NCBI GenBank assembly: GCA_010093995.1
Contig: ML992546.1
Span: 1 to 36,985, forward strand
Reading direction: 5' to 3'
DNA length: 36,985 nucleotides
Source of the DNA: Elsinoe ampelina
Lineage: Eukaryota
Part shown: one piece after another, positions 21,597 through 31,888 of the stretch
Layout of the letters: each line of letters starts with the position of its first letter
Numbering within the stretch: the stretch's first letter is position 1
The notes under the pieces: model-generated
Told to the model about the DNA's origin: nothing
Database searches by the model: none
The model's input: only the letters and a program-made list of their open reading frames with translations
Translations under genes and position numbers: made by a program

Positions 21597-23064
21597 ATGT
21601 CATCACTGCTTCAAAAGGTCAAATCTGCAGTCCACAGTGCGAATGATTGGGCTGAGTCGCATTCTTCACATCATCCCGGATATCGATCCGTCTGCTACTA
21701 TGTCAATTGGGCTATATATGGACGAAATCATCAACCGCAAGACCTACCAGCACATCTTCTAACCCACACATTGTACTCTTTCGCCAATGTGAAGCCAGAT
21801 GGCGAGGTTTACCTCACAGATACCTGGTCAGATATTGAGAAGCACTACCCATCCGACTCCTGGAACGATGTAGGCACCAATGTCTATGGTTGCTTCAAGC
21901 AGATGTATCTCCACAAGAAACGCAACCGAAACTTCAAGACTCTCCTCTCAATAGGGGGCTGGACTTACAGCGCGAACTTTGCCGCTCCCTGCTCAACGGA
22001 CGCCGGTCGTCGAAGGTTCGCTGAAAGCTCTGTTCAGCTCCTTAAAGACCTCGGTCTCGACGGCTTAGACATTGACTGGGAGTACCCAGCAGATGCCTCT
22101 CAAGCACAGCACTACACCCTCCTTCTCAAGACTATGCGAGAAGAACTCGACACCTACGCCGCCACTTTGCCTTCCAGACCACATTTCCTTCTCACTATAG
22201 CCTGCCCTGCGGGTGCACAGAACTATCAGAAGCTCGACATCCGAGGCATGGACCCTTACCTCGATTTCTGGAATCTCATGGCTTATGACTTTGCCGGCTC
22301 ATGGGACCAACAATCCGGCCACATGGCCAACATCTACCCCAGCAAAGACGCCCGCAGCACCCCTTTCGCCGCCGACCAAGCAGTGCGATACTACATCGAC
22401 TCCGGCGTCCGCCCCGCCAAGATCGTTCTCGGCCTGCCCCTCTACGGTCGCGCGTTCTGCGGCACCGACGGCCCAGGATGCGGCTACAATGGCATCGGCG
22501 AAGGCAGCTGGGAGAAAGGCGTGTGGGACTACAAGGTACATCCTCCCCTTCTTCGCCCCTCCCCACCCCCCCTCCTCCACGATGACACAAATAGAGCTGT
22601 GTAGAAGCCCCTTATGGTCCTACCTCAAGAACCTCCGCGGGCCTCGCTGAGCACACAACTTGATCTAATCTGACCCCCGCTCCTCCCTCCTCCTCCACCA
22701 TGCACCATCCCTCCTGCCATCCCAAGCTCACCCCATCCAGGCACTCCCCCTCCCCTCCTCAGAAGTCCACCACGACCCCGACGCTCTAGCATCATGGTGC
22801 TACCTCCCCTCGACCAAAACCATGGTTTCCTACGACACGCCGCAAAACGCCGCTGGCAAAGTGGAGTACATCAAGTCCCACCACCTGGGCGGCGCGATGT
22901 GGTGGGAGTCTTCGGGAGACAAAACAGGGGATGAGAGTTTGATTAACTTGACCGTGCAAGGGCTGGGTGGGTATGAGGGGGGGAGGATGGAGAGGGGGGA
23001 GAATTGTTTGGAGTATCCACATAGTAAGTATGATAATTTAAGGAAGGGGATGCCGGGGGAGTGA
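21597..23064 (+). CDS. GH18 chitinase (fungal subgroup A, no signal peptide); exons 21597-22535, 22741-23064
   Basis: Motifs [20 protein letters not shown], catalytic [28 protein letters not shown] across the intron 22536-22740 (GTACAT..GCTCAC..CAG) and [12 protein letters not shown]. Confidence 0.96.
22579..22673 (+). ncRNA. Candidate intronic box C/D snoRNA/scaRNA with an antisense element to U2 snRNA
   Basis: Box C-like ACGATGA at 22579-22585 and box D CTGA at 22670-22673. ACTTGATCTAA (22658-22668) is the exact reverse complement of fungal U2 UUAGAUCAAGU. It forms a 95-nt mixed-composition island within a poly-C intron about four times the usual length. Confidence 0.65.
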
Positions 23065-23214
23065 TGTGTCAGCTTGCGCCGGGGAGGATGGTGGGGTGGG
23101 GGTAATGTTCACAATGTATATAGCGAGATGTAATGGATGGAAAAGGCGTCATGGCCTGATTTTGTGAGGCTGTCTATGCCTATGCTAATTGTGTTGGTGT
23201 CCGGCCATTCCATC

Positions 23215-25691
23215 TCATGCTCCATTCGTCTGCACCCCATTCATCTGCGCTTGAGGAGCCTGCTGAGGCTGCGGCGTCGCACTGCTCGGTCGCGCAACCA
23301 TGTCTGCAGATTGCAGTGGCTTCATTGGGGAGCTGACCCTCGGTGGAGCTGGGGCGATGTTGCTGACCGGCGTAGATCGCCCGTTGGAACTTGGCCTTTG
23401 CTGGTTGTATGTTTGACCTTGATAGCCTTGCCCTTGCTGAGACTGCGAATTGTATGTATTTTGCCCATATGACATGGAATTGCGGAACTGGGTGTTGTTT
23501 TGGTAGGTCGCCTGCGTGTTGCCGTACTGATTAGGCCAGCGTTGCGCAGGCGGTTGAGGAGAGCCCTGATTAAGCTGCTGTCCATAGTTCTGACGCTGAT
23601 AGTATTGCTGGCCGGATTGAGAATAAGAGTTTGGCTGAAGCTGCTGATGTCTACTGACTGGCGCAGTCTGGGCACCAGCTTGAGAATATGACTGTCTGTT
23701 CGTCTGTGCAGATGGTGTAGCTGAGGCAAGATTCGACGATGGTCGGGCGTAGTTGGTGGGCAGCCGGTTGCCTTGATAAGACTGAGGTGTGACTGCTTGA
23801 CGGCTTCCGCTGATGGAAGAGGTTCGCGCAAATTGATTATAGCCTGCATTACTCGACGTCCGAGTCGCGGCGTTGGCGGCCGCAGCTTGTGTGGCTTTCG
23901 TCAGGCGAGTCAATTGGTCCTCTTCTAGGACACCACGGACGTTCTTGTTCTCCAGCAGTATAGTTGTGCTAACCCGGAGATCTTCAATCTGCTGGCCGTC
24001 CATCTTCGCCACAGTGTACGGTGGCAGTCGAGCGATGACTTCGGCCAAGCGCTCCTTCAATGCACGGTAGGTCTCGACTTCTTCTGGTGCAGGTTCGCTT
24101 GGCGTGCCGGTCACAGCGCTTCGCATAGGGCTCGGGCTCGATATTGAAGGTGTGCGCGCGTGTGATGCAATGGTGGAGTTGCGTATTCTTTGCTGCGATG
24201 CGAGCGTCTGCAGCAGGTCATTGATTTCGAGTAGGAGCTCTTGCGCTTCCATCTCTGCGGGCAACCGCTCTGACTCTGCATCAGGCACATCCGCGAGGCT
24301 GTCATCGTAATTCTCGATGACCTCCTCGAACATTTTCTTCTCATAGGCGGCGTTGAGCTTGACTGGATCTTCGTCGTCGGTAGCGTCCACCTCCATCTCA
24401 TCGTCAGGTTGCTGCAGAGCGAAGATTGAATCTAGCTTCCGCTTGCCGCCCCTTTGCCACCATACAAGGTTGCGAGAATTAGCTGAGATTACGGCTCGAC
24501 TGTGGTCATAGCTTGGGGCAAAGCTCGAGTATGCCGATGCAAACAGATCCTCTTCTCGTGGTACGGATGGCGTGAGATCCTGTGGTCGTTCTTTCTCGAC
24601 AATACTTCCGGGGCGATCCCTTGACTTGTCGCTTGACCTCTCTCTCTTTCGTGGTGCATTGCCATAACGAATCCAGTGACCGACATTCAGTGGTTGATAT
24701 GGGTAAGCCATCTTCTTCGCCACAGACCTGGGTATCCGTTTTTCTGTAGACATGAAAGTGATGGGGGGGTTCCTGCTTGATGGCTTGGGCTGCTTGGGCG
24801 GCGGCTGCAGTTCAGGTAGAGATGTTGGCGGAGGAAAGGCATCAGCAAAGGTCCGTGTCTTGGTCTTGATGGGCTCGTCTTGCGGCAGTGGGAGGAGCTT
24901 CGTGGCAGTGAGCATGGTGGGAAGACCAAGCTCTTCGAGGGATAGATCGGTGGCTGCATCGTCCTGCAGACTCGAGAAGAGCTGCTTCGGACCTTGGGCA
25001 TTACCGTAGAGCGAGAGCACTGTCCTGCCTGCTTCAGGTGCCGGATGAGTTGGCACAGATGCCTGCTCAGTCTTGACGCCATTGACCTTTGTAAACTGAC
25101 GAGACCTGCCCGGTCGTTCTCCCTTCAATTTGCTTTCTCGCACGACCAATTCCCTCACCGTGCTCTTCAAAGACATGTAGTCCTGTATCTGCGCCACATC
25201 CTCTTCTGACAGGCGTTTGAGCTTAATTGTCGAGCTCTCGTCTGGCTTCTTGATCTCGGCCACCTGGGCGTCGCATATCGACACGACATCTTGCTCGAGC
25301 TCATCCAGATGTGCATAGGTACTTTCGGCTACCTTCTCTGAAATGGTCTTCGACAATGCTGGCTCTGCAAGCTTCGCCTTTTTCGAAGGCTGTGGCTGGG
25401 AGCCGGCAGGGATAGGCGCATTGAGGATGGATGGGCCAACTTCGGACCTGGAGTATGTAAGCAGACATAGGGACTTGGATGTAGCGCGACTGACTGGTAT
25501 AGAATAGCTAGGATGTCCTCGAAAGTTTCCTTGCTGACAGCTCGTGAATCCTCAGGACGGTCTTGCGATATGTCCTTTTGCGCATCCGTGGTCTCGTGGT
25601 CCGTATCTGATCGCTTTCGCTTGGTTCCAGAGGTTGGCTCATCGATTGCTGCCTGTTTTTCTGGCGTCAAAAAGCCATTCTTGGTTGACAT
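23215..25691 (-). CDS. Nuclear protein, probable Rsc58/BRD7-BRD9-like SWI/SNF-family subunit with a Q/N/Y/S-rich tail; exons 25691-25495, 25447-23215
   Basis: Intron 25494-25448 (GTCAGT..GCTTAC..CAG) keeps frame. NLS-like KRKR, degenerate bromodomain-like KTISEKVAESTYAHLDELEQDV, LFSSL, SSFAPSYDHSRAVIS..VWW and a helical EINDLLQTLASQQRIR..LKERLAEVIARLPP block. The gene is solid; the family call is inference. Confidence 0.85.
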
Positions 25692-26174
25692 TGCGCATTG
25701 AGAGAGCGGGGCTGTTCGCGTTGTGCTCCAGGGAGGGCCCTTTGACGCGACTGGAAATGGTACGGGAGCTGCGTCGTCGCGGAGGTGCTTCCACTCTGAT
25801 GACTACTGATGCTTCAAGGCCAGCGAAACAGAACAGCGACGGCGCACGATGATCCAGAGACGGGCAGAAGCGATGATCCAGCAATCAATTACGTCCGTCG
25901 GGCGTGATTGATAGAAATTGAATTGGCGAAGAGGCGCATCTTCTCTCACCCGACCACGACCAAAAGACAAAACTGGCCCTTGCGCCGGCAATGTCCGCCC
26001 GAAAAGGAAATGTCTTGGCACAAATTGTCAAGCTCCACTTCAACCTTCACAATCTGATCTTCACCTTCATCTTCGACTTCGATAATCAAGATTCTGCTTA
26101 CGGTGGTTCTGCCTCTTACTCTCACTAGCGCACCAATGCTCCGACGTACGATATGATACTCCGACCCATCGTGC

Positions 26175-29100
26175 ATGCTATTGGCCTTCACATGGCGGAC
26201 TCGAGCTCCGTCAACTACATGGATCCGCTACGGCCGCCAGTGTGAGCAGAAACGAAGGTCTCTCTTAGCTTCTGACCATTATGGACATTGTTCATCGATT
26301 GCACGGAAAGAGCAGTTTCATTCGTCCATACCGTCCAATGTAGAGGATCCGCTATCGAAGAAATGTTCAATTGCGACTTTAACACAGCCGACCATTCCGA
26401 GTGTTGGGCTCGCGCAGGATGGCGGCGACTTGTGGGACAGCCCATTCGGGACTCTTGAAGCGCCGGATACGACTGGGGGCTGGTCATCGCCCCGAATCCA
26501 ATCTCCAGAAGAGACGAATACCAATGATCATTCTGAACCTGATGGGAACCGCCAGACACGAGTGGAGCGTCTTGATACTTTCATAGATCGCCATCGCACG
26601 GTTCTTCGACGGCTGGGATATACGCAAGCCAACATCGAGGAGTGGAGAAATCTCGTACAAACAGAGCAGTCCAATCTGTTTCTGGAATCCTTTCGTAGGG
26701 CCACCCAGCAATTAGATAACGAGAAGCAAAGCTCTGAGAAGAGCATTCCCTGGTTTGTTCTTCTCTGCGTTGCTTCCAGACCTGTCCTTGCCCCGTCTGT
26801 GGTGCAAGCATTGCTGGCATATCTGGACAGTCTATCAAGGCAAAAGGGAGCAGGCATTCGTGCTTACGATGCCGACATGGCTACAAAACTGCCGCAGGAT
26901 GACGCGCTTATTCGCAAGCGCTTGCTCTGGAAGACTGATCACACTTGGGAACGTCTGCTCTCGATTGAGATGGTCGTCCTTCTTGAAGTCTATTCGCATC
27001 TCATCTCCCATGCTCGCACGTCTTGGCCTGAGATCCTCGAGGCAACTACCATCTCGCTCCTTGCTTGGCTCCCTCTCACCAGTCCGTCGAAGTCTTCGTC
27101 TTGGACAACGTCTCTCCCAAGGACAAGACGACTCAACGATCCGCTGGGTCAGCTCGACGATTTCGCAGCTTTGGCTTTTGCAACCAATGCAGTATTGAAG
27201 CTTCTAGCGCAGCCATGTACTTCGCGGACGTTCAAGAACTCCACACTTCAAGAGGCATCGCAGGTTCGCGTTGTGCAGTACATGGCTAGCTGTTCACAAC
27301 CGCTTGATCTCAATCGGACTGGCTATCGTGGTATTGCCTCGGTCCAGCTTATGCTTCGCAAGACACCGAACGAGATCCGCTGGACCGAGCTCCAAAGTCT
27401 TTCGTGGCCGCCATGGAAGTACGACCGCACTGCAATGGATAGTTGCATCGGTCCTGAGCACGGCGTAAGTAATGCTCTGCAAGCACTGAGACGCATGAGA
27501 GAGGTTGGCTATCGGCCCGCAGGCTGGGAACATGTTGCAACCGTCTACACAGGGTGGGACGATGACGGTAGCCCGACTGTCCAAACTCGGCAATACCTAG
27601 GATCATTCCAAGAGTGGCAAACTGAGGCAATAATGTGGTCAGCCCGAATTAGGACGACACGCACCATACGCGAAGCTTGGGCCGCTTTTCAGGCATATTG
27701 GGATTCTGGAGTTAAATGGCGCACTACAGTATGCCAAAGCATGCTAGAGAAGATACTGCTAAACATCAAGCGAGAGGCACATCTCAAGCATCAGGATGAG
27801 GCGGGGCACAAGATGACACGCAAAGATCTACTTCCCCTCCAGCACGATAAGAAAGTGTATCCAGGTGAAGTCAAAGAGATTTGGCCTTCACCACCGTCTT
27901 CGCATCTCGAGACATACACTAGAACTGCACCTCCTTCGCTATCCGATTTCCTGGATCTCATGGAAGAACACAAAGTAAGCTTGGACAATGACGCATTGAT
28001 TCATCTACTCCCCATGGTCACCACGTGGGACGACGCGCATCTCCTTCTCAATCGACAACGTCCTGGCATCACTGACCGAAGTCCTGCAACCCTTATCGAC
28101 CTCTTTCATTCGGGGGACGCAACCTCAGTCACACTAGCGTCGCTGCTTCTGAAGCACTTGCTCCAATTCCCAGCCAAGCACAAATGGTCATTCCCAGCTG
28201 CACAGATGGATCTCCAACTCGGCCCTTTGCGTTTGAATCAAGTAGCATTGAGCTTGACACTCGGTGTCATCATGAGTCCTCTCCAATTCGATCTACGCTT
28301 GCCAATGTATCTTCTGGCTCATCTCAACAAACAAGCTGGTCTGACCAAATATCACGACAGAAACGAAGGTAATGTGGTGGAGCAGTCTGGGCTTGTCGAT
28401 GTGCACAAGACTTTCAAGGACTTCGCGGTGGAAGAGCTCAGTCCATTCAAAGCCCATCTAGATCGTATTGCCGCTCTCCGCATGGTTCAACAGGTTGTGG
28501 AGACTGTTCTGCGACGACAAGGCTCCTTCGGTCCTCAGTCTGTGGTCGACATTCTCACAATCAGCTTCAATGCAGCACAAGCAGCCAAGGACATTGCAGT
28601 AAATATAGAGGAGCATGATCCAGATGATGGTCAAAGTAGGATGGAATCGAACACAGTTAAGGCTCTGATCGACCAGGCCGAGTGGTGCAAAATGACTATT
28701 GCATCCACATTGCGCCCTACGATATTTAGCATGATACAAACAGACGGACCAGCGAACACCTCGTCTGTTGGGACGTACGCCAGCACGGACCGACTTGTTC
28801 TTCCTCGACTCCAAGTCACCCCCTCTCCAGCCATCCTCCATGCCGCGATCCGCTGCTTCGGCGCGGCAGACGACTTTGAAGGCATCAGCCAGACCATCTA
28901 CTTCATGCAAGAGTACTGGCCTGAGATCCAAGCAGCAATGGAGCAAGACCGCAATGGTGCGAAATTGCTTCGTCGCACTCTTTGCGCAACCAGCCTGCTC
29001 TTGTCCGTAGGCAGTGATGGCATCCGGCGCGACTTGACCCGGCAAGAAGTAGTGGAGCTGTTCCTAGAGAAGCACATGCAGCAACAGAGCAGCGCGCCAG

Positions 29101-29258
29101 AAGACGTCGTCGAGGACGTCTACAAGGTCGTGGCAGTCATGGATAAGGAATGGGGTGGTTGGCCTTTGCCCATGGAGGTGGAGTCGTATATCATGCATAG
29201 AAAGGATCGGGTCGTGATGAACAAGAAGAAAAAGAAAAAGAGGTGGTACTACTCTTGA
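26175..29258 (+). CDS. Large (1027 aa) hypothetical protein, probably a mitochondrial helical-repeat (PPR-like) protein
   Basis: Uninterrupted 3-kb ORF with an Arg-rich presequence-like N-terminus and helix-pair segments such as WSARIRTTRTIREAWAAF and PSPAILHAAIRCFGAADDFEGI. Function is inferred. Confidence 0.8.
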   Translation: MLLAFTWRTRAPSTTWIRYGRQCEQKRRSLLASDHYGHCSSIARKEQFHSSIPSNVEDPLSKKCSIATLTQPTIPSVGLAQDGGDLWDSPFGTLEAPDTTGGWSSPRIQSPEETNTNDHSEPDGNRQTRVERLDTFIDRHRTVLRRLGYTQANIEEWRNLVQTEQSNLFLESFRRATQQLDNEKQSSEKSIPWFVLLCVASRPVLAPSVVQALLAYLDSLSRQKGAGIRAYDADMATKLPQDDALIRKRLLWKTDHTWERLLSIEMVVLLEVYSHLISHARTSWPEILEATTISLLAWLPLTSPSKSSSWTTSLPRTRRLNDPLGQLDDFAALAFATNAVLKLLAQPCTSRTFKNSTLQEASQVRVVQYMASCSQPLDLNRTGYRGIASVQLMLRKTPNEIRWTELQSLSWPPWKYDRTAMDSCIGPEHGVSNALQALRRMREVGYRPAGWEHVATVYTGWDDDGSPTVQTRQYLGSFQEWQTEAIMWSARIRTTRTIREAWAAFQAYWDSGVKWRTTVCQSMLEKILLNIKREAHLKHQDEAGHKMTRKDLLPLQHDKKVYPGEVKEIWPSPPSSHLETYTRTAPPSLSDFLDLMEEHKVSLDNDALIHLLPMVTTWDDAHLLLNRQRPGITDRSPATLIDLFHSGDATSVTLASLLLKHLLQFPAKHKWSFPAAQMDLQLGPLRLNQVALSLTLGVIMSPLQFDLRLPMYLLAHLNKQAGLTKYHDRNEGNVVEQSGLVDVHKTFKDFAVEELSPFKAHLDRIAALRMVQQVVETVLRRQGSFGPQSVVDILTISFNAAQAAKDIAVNIEEHDPDDGQSRMESNTVKALIDQAEWCKMTIASTLRPTIFSMIQTDGPANTSSVGTYASTDRLVLPRLQVTPSPAILHAAIRCFGAADDFEGISQTIYFMQEYWPEIQAAMEQDRNGAKLLRRTLCATSLLLSVGSDGIRRDLTRQEVVELFLEKHMQQQSSAPEDVVEDVYKVVAVMDKEWGGWPLPMEVESYIMHRKDRVVMNKKKKKKRWYYS

Positions 29259-29439
29259 TGACTATACGCATGCACATAATTGATACATATTCAATCATAA
29301 GTTTTCATCTCAGCATCGCTCAGCGGTGTACTATCAGATACTATCAAGAATAACGAGCTGCATAGGTGCATGACGGCTGCGCTTCGAAAATATTGAGTAT
29401 TACACTTCCAGGACGTGATCCCTCACGGACTCCTGGTAA

Positions 29440-31580
29440 TCATCTATTATTCCTCGGCAAATGCCTCGGCCTCCAAACCCTCTCGCTCAATATCTCCCCA
29501 GCATTCCCTTCCTCCTGCCCACCCCTCACCTGTCTAACAGAAACATACGGCACGAACCCCTTCCCCTTCTTACCCTCACCCACGCCAGCCACCTCATCCT
29601 CCTCCTCATCCTCCTCGTCCAAATCCCAATCCGCTCCTTTCTCCTCCTCCACCACCCCGTGCTTGACCCTGTACTCCCTCCTATACACGTCCTCCAAAAT
29701 CGCCCAATCCGGGGAATCCAGCTTCCCCCTCACGAGGACCAGTCTGCCCTTCCCGCCCGGCGTCTTGCTCAGAGCGTAGTGGATCTCAGCCTCGGACACG
29801 GGGGTGACGAGGTGGATTTCCTTCTTGTCCGGGTCGATGCTGCGGACGAGGGCCTGGCCTATGCAGTGCGAGTGGGTGGGGTCGAGAGGCGGGGAGTTGC
29901 CCGAGGAGGAGGGGGGCAGGTAGGGCAGGGATACGGGGGCTGGAGTGGTGGGGTTGGTGGTTGGGGAGGAGGTGAAGGCGGCGGGGGAGGAGGCGATGAC
30001 TAGGGCGACGGGGAGGCCGGTGAGGACGTCTGGCAGGGCGGAGGGAGGGATGGTGGTGTGGTAGGATGTGATGGCGTGGATGAGCTGGTTCGTACCGGCG
30101 TAGGACAGATGGAGGGAGGGGATGGCGCTGAGGGGTTGGGATGTCCAGGTTTGCTGTCCTGAGGTGGGGTCAACCGTGTGCTGGTATGACATTGTCTGCA
30201 TGGCTCGTGCTTCTGCTGACGGTCTGGTAGTTGACGTGCGACCGCGGGAGGTGAGTACTTTGACCTTTGCTGATGCTGGGAAGCTCACGGGGTCGTTCTG
30301 GAAATCCGGCGATTCAAGCATGATCACGTCGGTGACGTTCAGAATCTTGGCTATTCGTTCGGAGAGAACTGCACCAGATCCAGTGATCCATCCAGGACAA
30401 TTGATGATCAACGTAGCGTCCTGGTTTCGACTCTTCATCTCGGCATATCGCTGGTACAAGTCGTTCACGCAAGCGATGTAATGGTCTTGGTCTTCTCTCG
30501 GGGACGTGGCGGCGATACTGTGGGCCCGTATTGTTCGGTAGGGAAGAGCGGGATGAGAGCGGGGGTGAGAGAATGACGGACCTAGCAGAAGCCCCCTTAC
30601 TTGAATCAAGGCGATTTGGCCTGGAGGGCTGAACTCGGGTTGTCCAGGATCCAAGTCCAGCCAGAAACATGTTCGCGATAACTCAGGCTGGGAGCTGGAG
30701 ACTATGGCATTTGACAGACAACGACAGAAGGTCGACTTGCCGGACGACTTGGACCCGGCCACTAGAGTACGTGACGAAACTTCACTGTGCGAAGATAATC
30801 GGTTGAGTGCCTTCTGAGCAACCTCGTCGAGATCGAGGGTGCTTGCTTGCAGGGACAGAACATCTGTTGGTGCATTCGAGGCCTAGAGAGTCAGTGATAT
30901 TAACGCCTAACCGTCGTGGGAGACCTACAATAGCAAATGTACAGTCCTCCCATTTGTGCCAGATACGGTTCCATAGAGAGCTCAATGCTTCTAGTTCCAA
31001 TAAGGCACAATCGACCGACCGAAATTCAATCTCGCTCTCATGCCTCGCTCGTATGGTGGGCAAGGCATGAGATAGGGGCGCACAAACTCTGTTAGCTGTC
31101 TCTGAAGATGTGATGTAGGCTCCGTATATGCTGACAGCACCCTTGGAGACTACCAGGTCAAACACGCCAGAAGCGCTGACCCACTCATTTGCTTCCAAAG
31201 TGAGTGTCGCAATGCCGTTCTTGAGCTTCAGTGCACGTTTGCCGTACGACGACAGAGGCACATCTGATGGAGCAACGCCGTTGGTTACTGTTGTGGGCAC
31301 TGCGTTGACCGTCTCCACGCTGTAGCCGAATGTCTCATGGCGTTCCAGGAGGGGTGGCTTGGACTCGATCACGTCGACGGCACCATCGGTGGCAACAAAC
31401 GTAGTGGTAGATGAGGTAGGATCTGTCGTGGATTCCGCGGCCGCTGGTCGACCAGCTCTAGCCTTTGCGAACGCGCTGATTGGTTCTGTTGAAGTAGGTC
31501 AGCGAAAGAATAAGTGGTACAGGACCATCATGTATGACCATACTTCCGGAAAACGCTTCGGCTGCAGATCTCTTGGGCAT
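29440..31580 (-). CDS. GRC3: Polynucleotide 5'-hydroxyl kinase Grc3/Nol9 (Clp1 family); exons 31580-31544, 31485-30929, 30882-29440
   Basis: Walker A GSKSSGKST, DLDPGQPEFSPPG, IINCPGWI and CIGQALVRSID..IHLVTP; N-terminal ISAFA motif. Introns 31543-31486 (GTATGG..GCTGAC..CAG) and 30928-30883 (GTAGGT..ACTGAC..TAG) keep frame. Confidence 0.93.
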
Positions 31581-31888
31581 GTCGAAGTCGCCTGGGGGGA
31601 AGACCTCAGTTTACTACCAGTATTTTGAGACCCTCGCGGATTCTGGTGGTACCACGATCAATTCTATAATCTCGAGCTGAAGAGAGGAATAGAACAGGCA
31701 TTTGAGCACCACATGTGGTAGTATATGGAACCTCACCTCCGCCGGAAATTTTGGGTGACCGCCCGGCAGAAAAAGTGTAGATGCACAACTCCACATGTGC
31801 TCAGCAACCCTTTCCATTCGTTCTACAGGTCGCTGCGCACAGTGGGACGACTGCTGGCGGTACCTGCACTGGATAGTCAAGCTCCAAG
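31581..31888. promoter_or_regulatory. Compact bidirectional promoter region between GRC3 and RPA34
   Basis: 308 bp between divergent ATGs. Palindrome ACCACATGTGGT at 31708-31719, a second CACATGTG at 31792-31799 and an RRPE-like GAAATTTT at 31745-31752. Confidence 0.55.

Noticed and set aside
22595..22600. Possible 6-nt microexon (AG|AGCTGT|GT) splitting the long chitinase intron
   Set aside because: The donor GTAGAA is poor, and WDYK-ALP is normally contiguous in this GH18 subgroup.
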